Assembly (NCBI GenBank): GCA_963752255.1
Contig: CAVVXT010000012.1
Span: 228,326 to 292,325 of the forward strand
Direction of reading: 5' to 3'
Length of the DNA stretch: 64,000 bases
Source of the DNA: Nitrososphaeria archaeon
GTDB taxonomy: Archaea; Thermoproteota; Nitrososphaeria; JACIWG01
The position numbers and the translations under genes were made by a program. The notes under the pieces were generated by a model, which saw nothing but the letters and a program-made list of their open reading frames with translations, was not told the origin of the DNA and did not search any database. Below, piece by piece: positions 51,734 to 61,870 of the stretch. How positions within the stretch are numbered: the first letter of the stretch is position 1; every line of letters starts with the position of its first letter.

Positions 51734-53075
51734 CTACATTCTTCTCATGGCAATCTCTGCAGCCAAAACCATGGGTTCCCAGGTCTCACATACTGAAGGA
51801 GCGTAGCAGGTATCAGCTTTCATCAGCTCCTGGACCGTCATATTATTCTGGATGGCCAGCGAAAGAGCGTTGACACGTTGGGTTACTTCTTCGCCGCCGA
51901 CAATTTCTCCGCCGACAATCATTTTGGTTTCTTTTTCAACTATGAGCTTCACTTTCAATGGAAATGCTCCGGGGTAATAAAGTGCCTTTGTGTGGCCGCT
52001 AATTTTGCCGACGACAACTTCGAACCCTAATTTAGAGGCCCAAAATTCTGTTAGGCCAGTCGCCCCCACCTCGAAGTCGAAGATTTTGGAGACCCATGAG
52101 AAAAGTGTTCCCGGAAAGATTGAATATCCTCCCGCAGCGTTTATGCCAGCTACCTTACCCTCTCTGACAGCTGTTGACCCAAGCAGAGGAAGAGCCGGTC
52201 TGTGAGTAACCATATGGGTTGTTTCAGCACAGTCTCCGACAGCGTAAACGTCTTCCGCGTCTAGTCTGCATTCGAATATTCGTCTTTACGCCACCCGTTT
52301 CACCGATGACCAATCCCGCTTTTTTGGCTAGCTCAACGTTGGGCCTGACCCCTGCGGCGTTTATGACAATATCGGCAGCGACCTCTTCACCCCCGACCGA
52401 TACAGCCCGCACCCTGTCTGCTCCAAGAATCGCTCCCGCCGGCTTTCCTAAAATAATTCCGATACCGTTCCCTTCAAGGCTTTTTTGGATCTCCTCTGAC
52501 ATGTCCCGGTCAAGAAGCCTTGGAAGAATCGAGGGAAGCATTTCGACGATCGTGGACTTTATTCCCTTTTGCTTGAAAGCGTCAGCAGCTTCTAGGCCGA
52601 CGAGGCCAGATCCTATTACAGCAGCCGATTTAGCGGTCTTCATAGCATTTGCTAACTTCTCGCCGTCACTCAGAGTATGAAGGTTAAAGACGCCTTCTTT
52701 GTTCATCCCCTCTATCGGAAGACTGAAGGGTGCTGCGCCTGTGGCTAGAATTAGGCTATCGTACTGGAGCGTTTCCTGTTTTCCGTCTTTCGTTTCAATT
52801 TCGACTTTCTTGGCCTTCGTATCGAGGTTTGTGGCCGTCACTTCCAAGCGCAGGTTAAACTTCATCATCTTGTAGAATGTAGGAGGGTAAACGACCAAGT
52901 TCTCGAATGCAGGTATATGGCCGCTGAGCACGAAGGGAAGACCGCACCTCGAGTATGCTCCAACATTCTCTCTGGTTACAAGAGTTATCTCAGCTTCCCT
53001 GTCGGTTTTTCGAGCCGCCACAGCCGAATCAACGCCTGAAGCGTTGGCGCCTATGATGACTATTTTCTTAGGCAT
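51734..53075 (-). CDS. FAD-dependent pyridine nucleotide-disulfide oxidoreductase (NADH oxidase / CoA-disulfide reductase-like; frameshift at ~52260)
   Basis: IVIIGA..SG, YSRCGLP single redox Cys, LATGA, IGSGLVGLE, MQTS..DVYAVGDCAE after correction, C-terminal dimerisation domain (CYAP). Confidence 0.9.
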
Positions 53076-53081
53076 TCCTGA

Positions 53082-53498
53082 TTATCCTTCCCTAGCAATT
53101 TCCTTATGCCATTCCAGAGACTTTTCGAAGTCCATCAGTGTTCCAAGATCTTTAACGAGTTCGCTTGGGGACACGAGCAGGATCCATCCTTCGCCGTAGG
53201 GATCTTCGTTAAGCTTTTCTGGGCTTGTACCCACTTCTTTGTTTACTTCCTCAATCTTTCCACTGACTGGTGCTACAAGTTCTGATACGGTCTTCACCGA
53301 TTCGACCGTGCCGAAGGACTCGCCCTTTTTTATTTCGGCCCCTACGCTAGGAAGCTCAGCGAACACTATTTCCCGTAACTGTTTTTGTGCATAATCTGTA
53401 ACACCGATTCTGACCTTACCGTCTTCAACCTTGACCCACATCCAATCCTTTGAATAATAGATGTCTTTGATTACTTCATAATCACCGACTTTAACCAA
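53082..53498 (-). CDS. gcvH: Glycine cleavage H-like lipoyl carrier protein
   Basis: IGVTDYAQ, VESVKTVSE (lipoyl Lys retained), APVSG, NEDPYGEGW. Confidence 0.93.
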   Translation of the reverse strand: MVKVGDYEVIKDIYYSKDWMWVKVEDGKVRIGVTDYAQKQLREIVFAELPSVGAEIKKGESFGTVESVKTVSELVAPVSGKIEEVNKEVGTSPEKLNEDPYGEGWILLVSPSELVKDLGTLMDFEKSLEWHKEIAREG

Positions 53499-53652
53499 GC
53501 TTTTACACCAAACATGGTATCTTTTCGGACACGTTTAAGATTTACGCAACATTGTAATAGAATCTAAGATATTATGAGAAGGAAATAATGTTCAACAAGG
53601 AACCCCATAGCATAGAAAGGTTAATATTCCCACTTCGGGTATGTGAACAAAA

Positions 53653-53904
53653 ATGCCTCTTACTTTTGTATTGATAAACGCAGATCTAGGAACTGAAGAA
53701 GAAATAGTAAAGGAACTTAGGAAGATCGAGGAAGTTAAGGAAGCATATTTTGTCTACGGTCCGTACGATATATTGGTCAAGGTTAAGGCAGACAAACTAG
53801 ATAGGGTGAAGGAGGTAATTTCTTCAACTATCAGACGATTAGACCATGTGCGCTCCACTCTAACAATGATCGCTGTCGAAGGAACTAGTGGTAGTCTTCA
53901 ATAG
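53653..53904 (+). CDS. Lrp/AsnC ligand-binding (RAM) domain protein without HTH
   Basis: FVLIN...VKEAYFVYGPYDILVKV...IRRLDHVRSTLTMI; 83 aa. Confidence 0.9.
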   Translation: MPLTFVLINADLGTEEEIVKELRKIEEVKEAYFVYGPYDILVKVKADKLDRVKEVISSTIRRLDHVRSTLTMIAVEGTSGSLQ

Positions 53905-54226
53905 ATAGCTTGACGTGAAAGCTCCACTTTCTTACTCATAGACATAATTGTCTAAAACACTTTTTTAATTCGGATCGCTGGAACGCACGTCTTCTAATCA
54001 ACTTATTTCTTGTAGGCAACCTAGTACGCAGTGCAAATGATGATAGCAAAGATAGAGGGGAACTCGCGAAATAAGTTCATTAGCAGGTTTATAAAATCTT
54101 TCCAGACCCAATGTGCGACTACATTTTGGAATATACGCAACTTGGTTTTTTAAATATTAATATAGAAAGCTAACGTTAATAGTTGTTTAGTAAACCTTTT
54201 AAGAGGTATTAAAACAGGTTTTTGTT

Positions 54227-55336
54227 ATGTCAGCAAATAGTAGAACGATTTCTATAATAGTCATCGTTGTTGCTATTTTAATCGCAAGTAGCATCATCTC
54301 TTTAGGATTATTATTTGAAGGAAGAACTACAACCGTCACTAAAACTATAACATCTAATCTAGCGCAGACCTATACTGCGACGACAACAACCACAATAGCA
54401 GCCCTTACAGAAACCATCACACAAACAAATACCTCGAACCCGGTCAGTGCGTCCAAGATATTTGCTGACGCAGACCCGAGTGTTGTCCAGGTCAACGTCT
54501 ACGACAGCAACCTAAATCTTTTGGATTTAGGATCCGGTTTTCTGTATGACAACCAAGGTGATTTTATAACCAACGATCACGTTGTTTCGGGTGGAACATA
54601 CTTTGTAATCCAAACCTACGATGACCAATGGATAAATGCCACCTTAAAGGGCACAGATACATACGTAGATTTAGCTGTCCTTCAAGCGAACGTACCTGTA
54701 TCACTTAAACCGCTAAAGTTCGCCTCGACAGTTACAGTCGGCAAGCAAGCTTTCGCAATAGGAAGCCCCTTCGGACTTCAGGGAAGTATTACAGCCGGAA
54801 TAGTAAGCCAGGTTAACCGCACCGGAATAACTGTAGTACCGATGCTGCAGACGGATGCAGCGATAAACCCAGGCAACTCAGGTGGGCCTCTGCTAAATTC
54901 AGCAGGAGAAGTCTTGGGTATAAATACCGCTGGTATTGCATCAAACATTTCCCAGTCAATTGGATTCGCTATTCCATACAGCTTGATAGAAATGGAGGTT
55001 CCAACGCTGATCAAATCAGGCATTTACAGCCATCCATTCATAGGAATCGGAGGAGACTACCTTGACCCAATATCGGCCAAATATTATAATCTACCGAGCA
55101 GTCTTACATATGGTTACATTATAACTCAGATCGTTTCGGGTTCTTCGGCGTCAAAAAGCGACCTAAGGGTAGGAGACGTGATTATAAAAATCGACAACTA
55201 CGTCATACGCAAAGACCCTGATATCAACTATTTAATGACGTTCGTATACTCACCGAACCAGAGCGTGACATTCACTGTCGTCAGGAACGGCAATCAGGTC
55301 CAAGTTCAATTGACACTGGGTGTAAGGAACGATTAG
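54227..55336 (+). CDS. HtrA/DegP-type serine protease with PDZ domain, membrane-anchored
   Basis: N-terminal TM, Thr-rich linker, GSGF, TNDHVV, DLAVL, DAAINPGNSGGPL, PDZ. Confidence 0.95.
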   Translation: MSANSRTISIIVIVVAILIASSIISLGLLFEGRTTTVTKTITSNLAQTYTATTTTTIAALTETITQTNTSNPVSASKIFADADPSVVQVNVYDSNLNLLDLGSGFLYDNQGDFITNDHVVSGGTYFVIQTYDDQWINATLKGTDTYVDLAVLQANVPVSLKPLKFASTVTVGKQAFAIGSPFGLQGSITAGIVSQVNRTGITVVPMLQTDAAINPGNSGGPLLNSAGEVLGINTAGIASNISQSIGFAIPYSLIEMEVPTLIKSGIYSHPFIGIGGDYLDPISAKYYNLPSSLTYGYIITQIVSGSSASKSDLRVGDVIIKIDNYVIRKDPDINYLMTFVYSPNQSVTFTVVRNGNQVQVQLTLGVRND

Positions 55337-55652
55337 AAAAAAATTATTCTAACCGATAAAGCGCTAAAAGATTCAGATATATAATTACAGAGATAAAGAT
55401 CCGCCATTACCTTTATTCAATCTACTTTGCTGCACAGAAATAAATTATCTGTCTCAAACTGTGACGAGGGGAGACACGCTTTACCTCTTCTCTAAAGTTG
55501 ACAAGGAGACTGAAATTATCCGATCTTATTCTATTACATTTTTCCTGATCGCAGCTATATTGATCTCCACTCCACACGAGCAGAAGGAAGAAAATGATAT
55601 TTGAGATTTTATTGGCTATTCCAAGATGATTCATTTCATTTAAATTTAATAG

Positions 55653-56861
55653 TTAAGTAAGCGGCATAGTACTTAAAGTCAAAGGGATATTCATCACTTG
55701 GCCATTACGGAGTATGGTAATGTCGATCGTTTGACCAGGAAGAATATATCGCTCAAGATATGATGATAGATCATCGCCATTTACTATACGATTACCATTT
55801 ATGGCTGTAATCAAATCTCCTCCGATAACAACATTACTTCCCATGATTTGTACTACTCGATTTCCACCATGCAAACCCGCCTGTTCTGCTGGGCCTCCAC
55901 TTGTAATGCTTTGAATTAAACACCCATAAGTTACATTAACACCCATCGATTGAGCTATATAATAACTCATGTCAGTACTATTAACCCCCATCCATGGGTG
56001 ATCGGTGTAACTTCCAGTGTTTGTAAGGGAGCTCACCTCTTTAAGAATAGTAGAGGAGGGGATAGCAAGCCCAAGCCCCTGTGATCCACTGACCGTAGCG
56101 GTGGTAATACCGATCACCTGCCCCAAATAGTTAAGAAGCGGACCCCCAGAATTGCCGGGATTAATCGATGCACTTATCTGGATCACATCTGCAATAGAAT
56201 AGCCTCCGGTTGTATCCTCAGTTATCGTCCGACCTAGCTGACTTATAATCCCTGTCGTGACCGAACCGGTAAGACCAAACGGGTTCCCTATGGCTATGAC
56301 AGGATCTCCAACCTTCAAATCAATCGAGCTGACAACTGGAATAGGTCTTAATTCAGAATTAGAAGCCGCTGCTGAAAGAACAGCGAGGTCAGCATAAGGA
56401 TCAGAGCCCAATAGGGTGGCGGCATACGTATTGCCATCGGTGAAGGTTACAGTAATGTTAAGCGCACCGTCTACTACATGGAAGTTGGTGATTATTACCA
56501 TCCTCCCCGTTAGGTTATACACGAAACCTGAACCCTCCACTTCCCCATATAAGGTTCCAAAAAAAGATTTTTCTGTTACAATGCCACTAATTATTACTAC
56601 AGAATTCTTTACAGACTGATAAAGTTGTGAGATAGAAATGTTCCCCCCTGTCTCATAGGTAGCATAAGTCGTATTCGTATTAAGCTGTGAAGTTTGGACC
56701 TCGCTTTGAAGAGATTGAACTTCCTGTTGTAACTGGTTAACTTGATTTGATAACGTCAAGTTACCAAACTCCTCACCGATAGCAATGCCGAAAATTAACA
56801 CAACAATCAGTAGGGTTACCATATATCGGCGGTGCCAAATTGGAGATTCGCTATTAGCCAA
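55653..56861 (-). CDS. HtrA/DegP-type serine protease with PDZ domain, membrane-anchored
   Basis: TM + short coiled coil, GSGF, TNFHVV, DLAVL, INPGNSGGPL, PDZ. Confidence 0.95.
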   Translation of the reverse strand: MANSESPIWHRRYMVTLLIVVLIFGIAIGEEFGNLTLSNQVNQLQQEVQSLQSEVQTSQLNTNTTYATYETGGNISISQLYQSVKNSVVIISGIVTEKSFFGTLYGEVEGSGFVYNLTGRMVIITNFHVVDGALNITVTFTDGNTYAATLLGSDPYADLAVLSAAASNSELRPIPVVSSIDLKVGDPVIAIGNPFGLTGSVTTGIISQLGRTITEDTTGGYSIADVIQISASINPGNSGGPLLNYLGQVIGITTATVSGSQGLGLAIPSSTILKEVSSLTNTGSYTDHPWMGVNSTDMSYYIAQSMGVNVTYGCLIQSITSGGPAEQAGLHGGNRVVQIMGSNVVIGGDLITAINGNRIVNGDDLSSYLERYILPGQTIDITILRNGQVMNIPLTLSTMPLT

Positions 56862-57101
56862 TCAGTTTCACTATTTTTCGATTTTCCATGCATTATAAAA
56901 CAGTTTTTCAGAATTAGGCCCGAATTTAAACCCAATCTAGCAGTGATAGACGTCTGTCAAAAAAATGCTTTAACTTAATAGGCCTTCTTCATGGTCGTGA
57001 ACCATTTAGTGGCTTTAGCAATTATAGACGGAAGCACTTTCCTTACTAGCGTAATCCAAATAAACAAGGTTAGATGTGGAGTAATCGTCGTATCGATACA
57101 G

Positions 57102-57425
57102 ATGTCCACAAATGTGAATCCTTTAAGGTACCTGCTTGGATGGTTGATTACGGGTACTAGGGGCGGTATGTCCCGTGCCAAAATAATTAAAGCCTTAAGG
57201 GAGAAGCCGCAGAATGCAAACCAATTGGCTAATCTGCTTAAAGTGGACTACAGGACAGTAAGGCATCACCTTGAAGTTCTCCATAAGAATCGGCTAATCA
57301 TTTCCGTAGGCGACAGATATGGTGCAACATATTTCTTGTCTCCAGCATTGGAAGCGAACTACGCTTTGTTTGAAGAAATTATGAACAAATTCTGGGAAAA
57401 GGAAAAAAGGGAGGAAAATCGATAG
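57102..57425 (+). CDS. ArsR-like winged-helix transcriptional regulator
   Basis: WLITGTRGG.SRAKII...PQNANQLA..L.VDYRTVRHHL.VL; ATG 57102 preferred. Confidence 0.88.
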   Translation: MSTNVNPLRYLLGWLITGTRGGMSRAKIIKALREKPQNANQLANLLKVDYRTVRHHLEVLHKNRLIISVGDRYGATYFLSPALEANYALFEEIMNKFWEKEKREENR

Positions 57426-57435
57426 GTGGAATGAT

Positions 57436-57861
57436 ATGAACAGGAACGCAAAAATCCAAGTAATATTTATAACCTTGATAGCGGTGGCACTGCTTGCAAC
57501 TTTTTGGGCCACTATTAATTTACCTCTACCGCCTTTTGGTGAACGGGAACCCTTTGAGCCCATTCCCGGTGATATAGAATTATATTACACCATCACAACA
57601 GTTGTTTCCACGATTAACGTTGTTTTATTATTGATTTTATTGATCACGTACTCTGACATGTACGTAAAGACGAAGTCTGAATTTTTGATAGGATTGATGA
57701 TATTCTCATTAGTGCTACTTCTCAACGCACTTACTTCTAATCCATTGATAACCCAAATTTTCGGTTTCCGCGCGGCCGGCCTTGGCCCTTTTGCACTTTT
57801 GCCGGATTTGTTCGTATTCGTTGCTTTAGTAATCCTACTTTATCTTACATTCAAATATTAA
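57436..57861 (+). CDS. Hypothetical membrane protein (3-4 TM)
   Basis: Hydrophobic segments; directly downstream of the ArsR-like gene. Confidence 0.75.
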   Translation: MNRNAKIQVIFITLIAVALLATFWATINLPLPPFGEREPFEPIPGDIELYYTITTVVSTINVVLLLILLITYSDMYVKTKSEFLIGLMIFSLVLLLNALTSNPLITQIFGFRAAGLGPFALLPDLFVFVALVILLYLTFKY

Positions 57862-58026
57862 GAAACCCATCGATATCTTCTTTCACTATTATAAAAAGCA
57901 GACACTTCAGATGAAACTTAGAGTTACAGGTATTTATGTAAAAGGTTCCCTACTCTTAACTAAATCTTTTACTACCGTCATCGGGAACACTTAAAAGTCT
58001 AAGTATAGTTCTTTGAAGGGAACAGA

Positions 58027-58383
58027 TTGATAATAATAGAAGGCAAGAAAGCTAAAACCGAAAAAGTTTCTACAACAATCTTCACAGGCATTGTAGAAAA
58101 GACACCGCTTATCAACCAAACCATGGGTTCAAAAGAATATCGAATATCTATAGTAACATTCCCACCTGGAGTTAGGAATAAGTTTCACGTTCATGACCAG
58201 GAACAGGTACTGTATGTCTTACGTGGAAAGGGTATGGTGGCAGATGGAAAGAATGAGAAGATTGTAACCGAAGGCGATGTTATCTTCATACCAGCCGGAG
58301 AGAACCACTGGCACGGTGCTACAGAGGATTCTTGGTACTCACACATCCTTATCTACTCCGCTGAAACAAAAACAACCTTTTAG
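58027..58383 (+). CDS. Cupin-domain protein
   Basis: F.PG.RNKFHVHD.EQVLYVL.GKG...GDVIFIPAGENHWHGA. Confidence 0.92.
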   Translation: MIIIEGKKAKTEKVSTTIFTGIVEKTPLINQTMGSKEYRISIVTFPPGVRNKFHVHDQEQVLYVLRGKGMVADGKNEKIVTEGDVIFIPAGENHWHGATEDSWYSHILIYSAETKTTF

Positions 58384-58390
58384 CGTTTTA

Positions 58391-59134
58391 TCAGATTTTC
58401 ATTTTTTGGAAGGCGTATGTGCCTATTGCGATAAAGATACCGTCTAAAACTGCGAGCACTACTGCGTCAAGGTAAATTGGAAAGTAGTTTACACCTATTA
58501 TTACACCACGCAAGCCGTCAACCGCATACGTCATAGGGTCTATGTAGGCGAAGGGGACAAGATAAGATGGCAGCTTATCGAATGGGAAAAGAGTTAGCAG
58601 GAACATAGGAAACACTACGAAACTTGTTATCAGCTGGAAACCTTCCGGAGACTCCATCCTCGAACCCATAATCAAACCTATACTCACCAATATCGTGGTA
58701 GTCAAGAACATGAACCCGAACGTCAGAGGAATTGACAGTAGAGTGTAATTGACCCCTATGAAAACCCCTAAAATCAGGACTAGAGTTGCCTGAATAATTG
58801 AGTCGGTGGAGCCTCCTACTATCTTTCCGATGAACATCGAAAACCTAGAGATCGGTGCGACGAGGACTTCCTTGAGGAAGTCTACCTTTCTATCCCATAC
58901 GATGTAGAGGCCAAAAAAGATTGAAGTAAAGAGGAGGACCATCCCGACGATCGCGGGAAAGATAAAGACCTCGCCTCCCACAGTACCGAATCCGCCTATA
59001 TCTCCCAGGCCGCCGCCGAAGATCAGAAGGAAGAACAGGGGGTTGATGATCGACGCTACGATCCTCGACTTCTCCCTTAAGAATACCCTGATCTCCCTGT
59101 ACCACATCGCGTAGATTGCCTTTAGAGCGCCCAT
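58391..59134 (-). CDS. ABC-2 type exporter permease
   Basis: WDRKVDFLKEVLVAPISR, DPMTYAVDGLR, multiple TM; ATG 59134 preferred. Confidence 0.92.
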   Translation of the reverse strand: MGALKAIYAMWYREIRVFLREKSRIVASIINPLFFLLIFGGGLGDIGGFGTVGGEVFIFPAIVGMVLLFTSIFFGLYIVWDRKVDFLKEVLVAPISRFSMFIGKIVGGSTDSIIQATLVLILGVFIGVNYTLLSIPLTFGFMFLTTTILVSIGLIMGSRMESPEGFQLITSFVVFPMFLLTLFPFDKLPSYLVPFAYIDPMTYAVDGLRGVIIGVNYFPIYLDAVVLAVLDGIFIAIGTYAFQKMKI

Positions 59135-59136
59135 TT

Positions 59137-60117
59137 CTATCTCCCCCTCGTCTGGGCGCTCATCATCCTCTCGGCCCAACCGCCTTCAGCTCCAGAATTT
59201 TCCATCTCACCACCAGTATAATGCAGGAAGACATCGTTCAGCGTAGGCTCGCGAACGTAGACGGAATCTACCTTTCCGATAGCTTCGAGAATCGTTGTCA
59301 GATGCCTTCTTGCGCCTTCAACGGTTATCGAAACCGTTCCGTCAACCATTTCGACCTTCTTCACAAAATCCAGCTTCCTTATCGCTTCGATGTTCGGTTC
59401 AGGCGACTTTATCCTTATGATGTCGCCTCCGATTATCTTCTTCAAGTTCCCAGGTGTGTCGAGGGCTACGATCTTTCCCTTATCTATGATCGCTACCCTG
59501 TTACAGAGGAGGTCAGCTTCCTCCATGTAGTGGGTTGTTAAAACTATCGTAACATTTTTTTCGTTAGCAAGCTTTCTAATGTACTGCCAGATATGCTCGC
59601 GGGCCTGCGGGTCAAGCCCCAGAGTGGGCTCATCCAAAAAGAGTACAGCGGGCTGATGCATAAGCCCCCTAGCGATTTCCAGCCTCCTCCTCATACCGCC
59701 CGAATAGTTTTTCACTAGCTCCATCTTCCTATCCTCCAGATCAACCAGCTTCAAAACTTCACTTATTTTTGACTCCACGACCTCGTCTGGCACGTCGTAG
59801 AGCATGGCGTGAAGCTTAAGATTTTCGTATCCGGTCAGAATATCGTCCGAAGAAGGATCCTGGAAGACTATGCCGATCGATTTTCTCACTTTGTCCTGTT
59901 CTTTTCTAATGTCGTATCCGTTTACTAGCGCAGTTCCAGCGGTCGGCTGAATCAGAGTAGTCAACATCATAAGTGTGGTCGTCTTTCCCGCGCCGTTCGG
60001 CCCCAGTAAACCGAAGACTTCGCCATGCTCTATCTTCAGGCTAAGATCGTCTACGGCTTTGACGTCATTAAATTTCTTGGTCAAATTTATAGTCTCAATC
60101 GCGGATTTTGAGCTCAA
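59137..60117 (-). CDS. ABC exporter ATP-binding protein (DrrA-like)
   Basis: GPNGAGKTT, YSGGMRRRLE, LDEPTLGLD, TTHYMEEAD. Confidence 0.95.
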   Translation of the reverse strand: MSSKSAIETINLTKKFNDVKAVDDLSLKIEHGEVFGLLGPNGAGKTTTLMMLTTLIQPTAGTALVNGYDIRKEQDKVRKSIGIVFQDPSSDDILTGYENLKLHAMLYDVPDEVVESKISEVLKLVDLEDRKMELVKNYSGGMRRRLEIARGLMHQPAVLFLDEPTLGLDPQAREHIWQYIRKLANEKNVTIVLTTHYMEEADLLCNRVAIIDKGKIVALDTPGNLKKIIGGDIIRIKSPEPNIEAIRKLDFVKKVEMVDGTVSITVEGARRHLTTILEAIGKVDSVYVREPTLNDVFLHYTGGEMENSGAEGGWAERMMSAQTRGR

Positions 60118-60379
60118 AAGGCTTTCACTTAAGTTTCCCCAATATTTGGAGGAATATAAAACTGTATGTTTTTTTCTACAAGTTATAAACTAGACGATGT
60201 CAATGATTCCAAGTACGCGTAATCGATGGAACTTACATCATGGACCCCTTTCCCGAGATTTTAGGATAGAGATCAGAGAAACACGTCGCAGATTACGAAC
60301 TTGGTCAACTACGTCAACATATATCACTTTTCAATCCAATATCAAACTAATTAATAATAAAAAAAGATATTATTTACCG

Positions 60380-60949
60380 TCACTTGATATCGTTGCCTAT
60401 TGAGAAGGCTTGTCCGATACAAGAGCCGACCCCATAGTAGGATCTGTTTCCCGTATCAAATAACAGTTGCTTGATCTTCTCCATGTCAGGAAGCCCTTTA
60501 CTGTTCAGCACGGATGATTCAGCCTTGACATCTAGGATTTCGCATATAAACTCTGTGTGCTCGCCGATTTCAATTGTGTGAATAACCTTGCATTCCAGAA
60601 CCATCTGGCATTCTTCAACGTACGGTGCATCGACGATGTCGCTTTTTACCGGAGTTAGTTTAAGAGAGGAGAATTTGTCGACATCTCTCCCCGAAGCGAT
60701 GCCGGCGTAGTCCGATTCTCTGATATAGGCCTCTGAAGGAATGTTTGCAGTCAAAGCCTTCCTTTCAACGATGTTTCCATAAGTATATCTAGCCTTCCTT
60801 ATAGAAACCGCTACACACGGAGGTTTAGAGCAGCAGATGCCGACCCAAGCGGCCGCCATAAGGTTAGGCTTCCCTTCCTTGTCATAGGTCCCGATCAACC
60901 AGACAGGTGTAAGAGATGCTAGGGTTCTTGCGCCCAAAGACTTTTTCAT
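60380..60949 (-). CDS. Flavin reductase-like FMN-binding protein
   Basis: PVWLIGTYD.EGKPNLM.AAW, SGRDVDKF, APYVEEC...LECKV, GEHT; ATG 60949 preferred. Confidence 0.9.
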   Translation of the reverse strand: MKKSLGARTLASLTPVWLIGTYDKEGKPNLMAAAWVGICCSKPPCVAVSIRKARYTYGNIVERKALTANIPSEAYIRESDYAGIASGRDVDKFSSLKLTPVKSDIVDAPYVEECQMVLECKVIHTIEIGEHTEFICEILDVKAESSVLNSKGLPDMEKIKQLLFDTGNRSYYGVGSCIGQAFSIGNDIK

Positions 60950-61127
60950 GGAAAACACCACTTCGGTGTATGGATTAAAGTTTTTCCCATAGTGGCAAAG
61001 AGAGCTAAAGGGATGCTCTATTTCTGTAAACATATGAAAATAAAGTGTTAACAAATCAATAAGATTATCGATCTTGTCAATATATGAGCTGTCTTGTTTT
61101 TTCTTAAATTCACAGATTGTAAACGAA

Positions 61128-61592
61128 TCAACTTTGGGCTGCTGTGAGCGCGGCTGCATTAATACAGTATCTCTTGTATGTAGGCGGTGGACCGTCTTCG
61201 AACACGTGCCCCAAGTGCGCATTACACCTTGCACAGGATACTTCTATCCTGTTCATCCCATAGCTTGTGTCCTTTCTTGTGACGATGTTCATTTCCGATA
61301 CTGGTTTGTAGAAACTGGGCCAACCTGTTCCTGATTCGAATTTGGTATCCAAGCTAAAGAGATCTGTGCCGCAGCAGACGCAACGGTATAATCCCTCCCC
61401 TTTGGGTATTTCGCATTTGGCGCTGAAGGGGCTTTCCGTGTCGTGTAACCTCGTGATCTTATACTGTTGTAGGGTGAGCTGCCTTTTCCATTCCTCATCT
61501 GTCTTCTCTATTATATCGACTTCCTCGATTTCATTCCTTGTTTTGTTAAAGATCTTAACCTTTTTAGTATTTGTTGAAACCCGATCCGACAT
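61128..61592 (-). CDS. msrB: Peptide-methionine (R)-S-oxide reductase
   Basis: EEWKRQLT..QY, KFESGTGWPSF, HLGHVFEDGP, RYCINAAAL. Confidence 0.95.
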   Translation of the reverse strand: MSDRVSTNTKKVKIFNKTRNEIEEVDIIEKTDEEWKRQLTLQQYKITRLHDTESPFSAKCEIPKGEGLYRCVCCGTDLFSLDTKFESGTGWPSFYKPVSEMNIVTRKDTSYGMNRIEVSCARCNAHLGHVFEDGPPPTYKRYCINAAALTAAQS

Positions 61593-61870
61593 ATCCCTTC
61601 ATATTCCGTTTATTACTGGAATTATATATATACATTTCCCGAACATTTCTTGGTTATTGCAATTGTAGGACTTTTTATAAACGATCAATTGCAGCGTCCT
61701 AAAGGGTTGGGATTTACCTTTCGGAAAACAAAGAGCTTGCGATGGGAGATAAAAGATATCATATTCTATAATAAGACTTACCATCAAATCAAGATTAATT
61801 ACTGGCTGGTTTGAGAAAATATTTATATAGACTAGAATTTGTCGTCCTTAAAAGAGAAAGTGATATAGAC

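Noticed and set aside
40623-52680. Numerous + strand ORFs across the Hdr/Mvh cluster (and similar antisense ORFs elsewhere)
   Set aside because: Shadow frames of well-supported minus-strand genes, with no motifs of their own.
60950-61234. Long N-terminal extension on the flavin reductase (and similar extensions on nurA, pyrD, rps30e and the ArsR-like gene)
   Set aside because: The extensions overlap neighbouring genes or promoters and lack family similarity; internal ATGs fit better.
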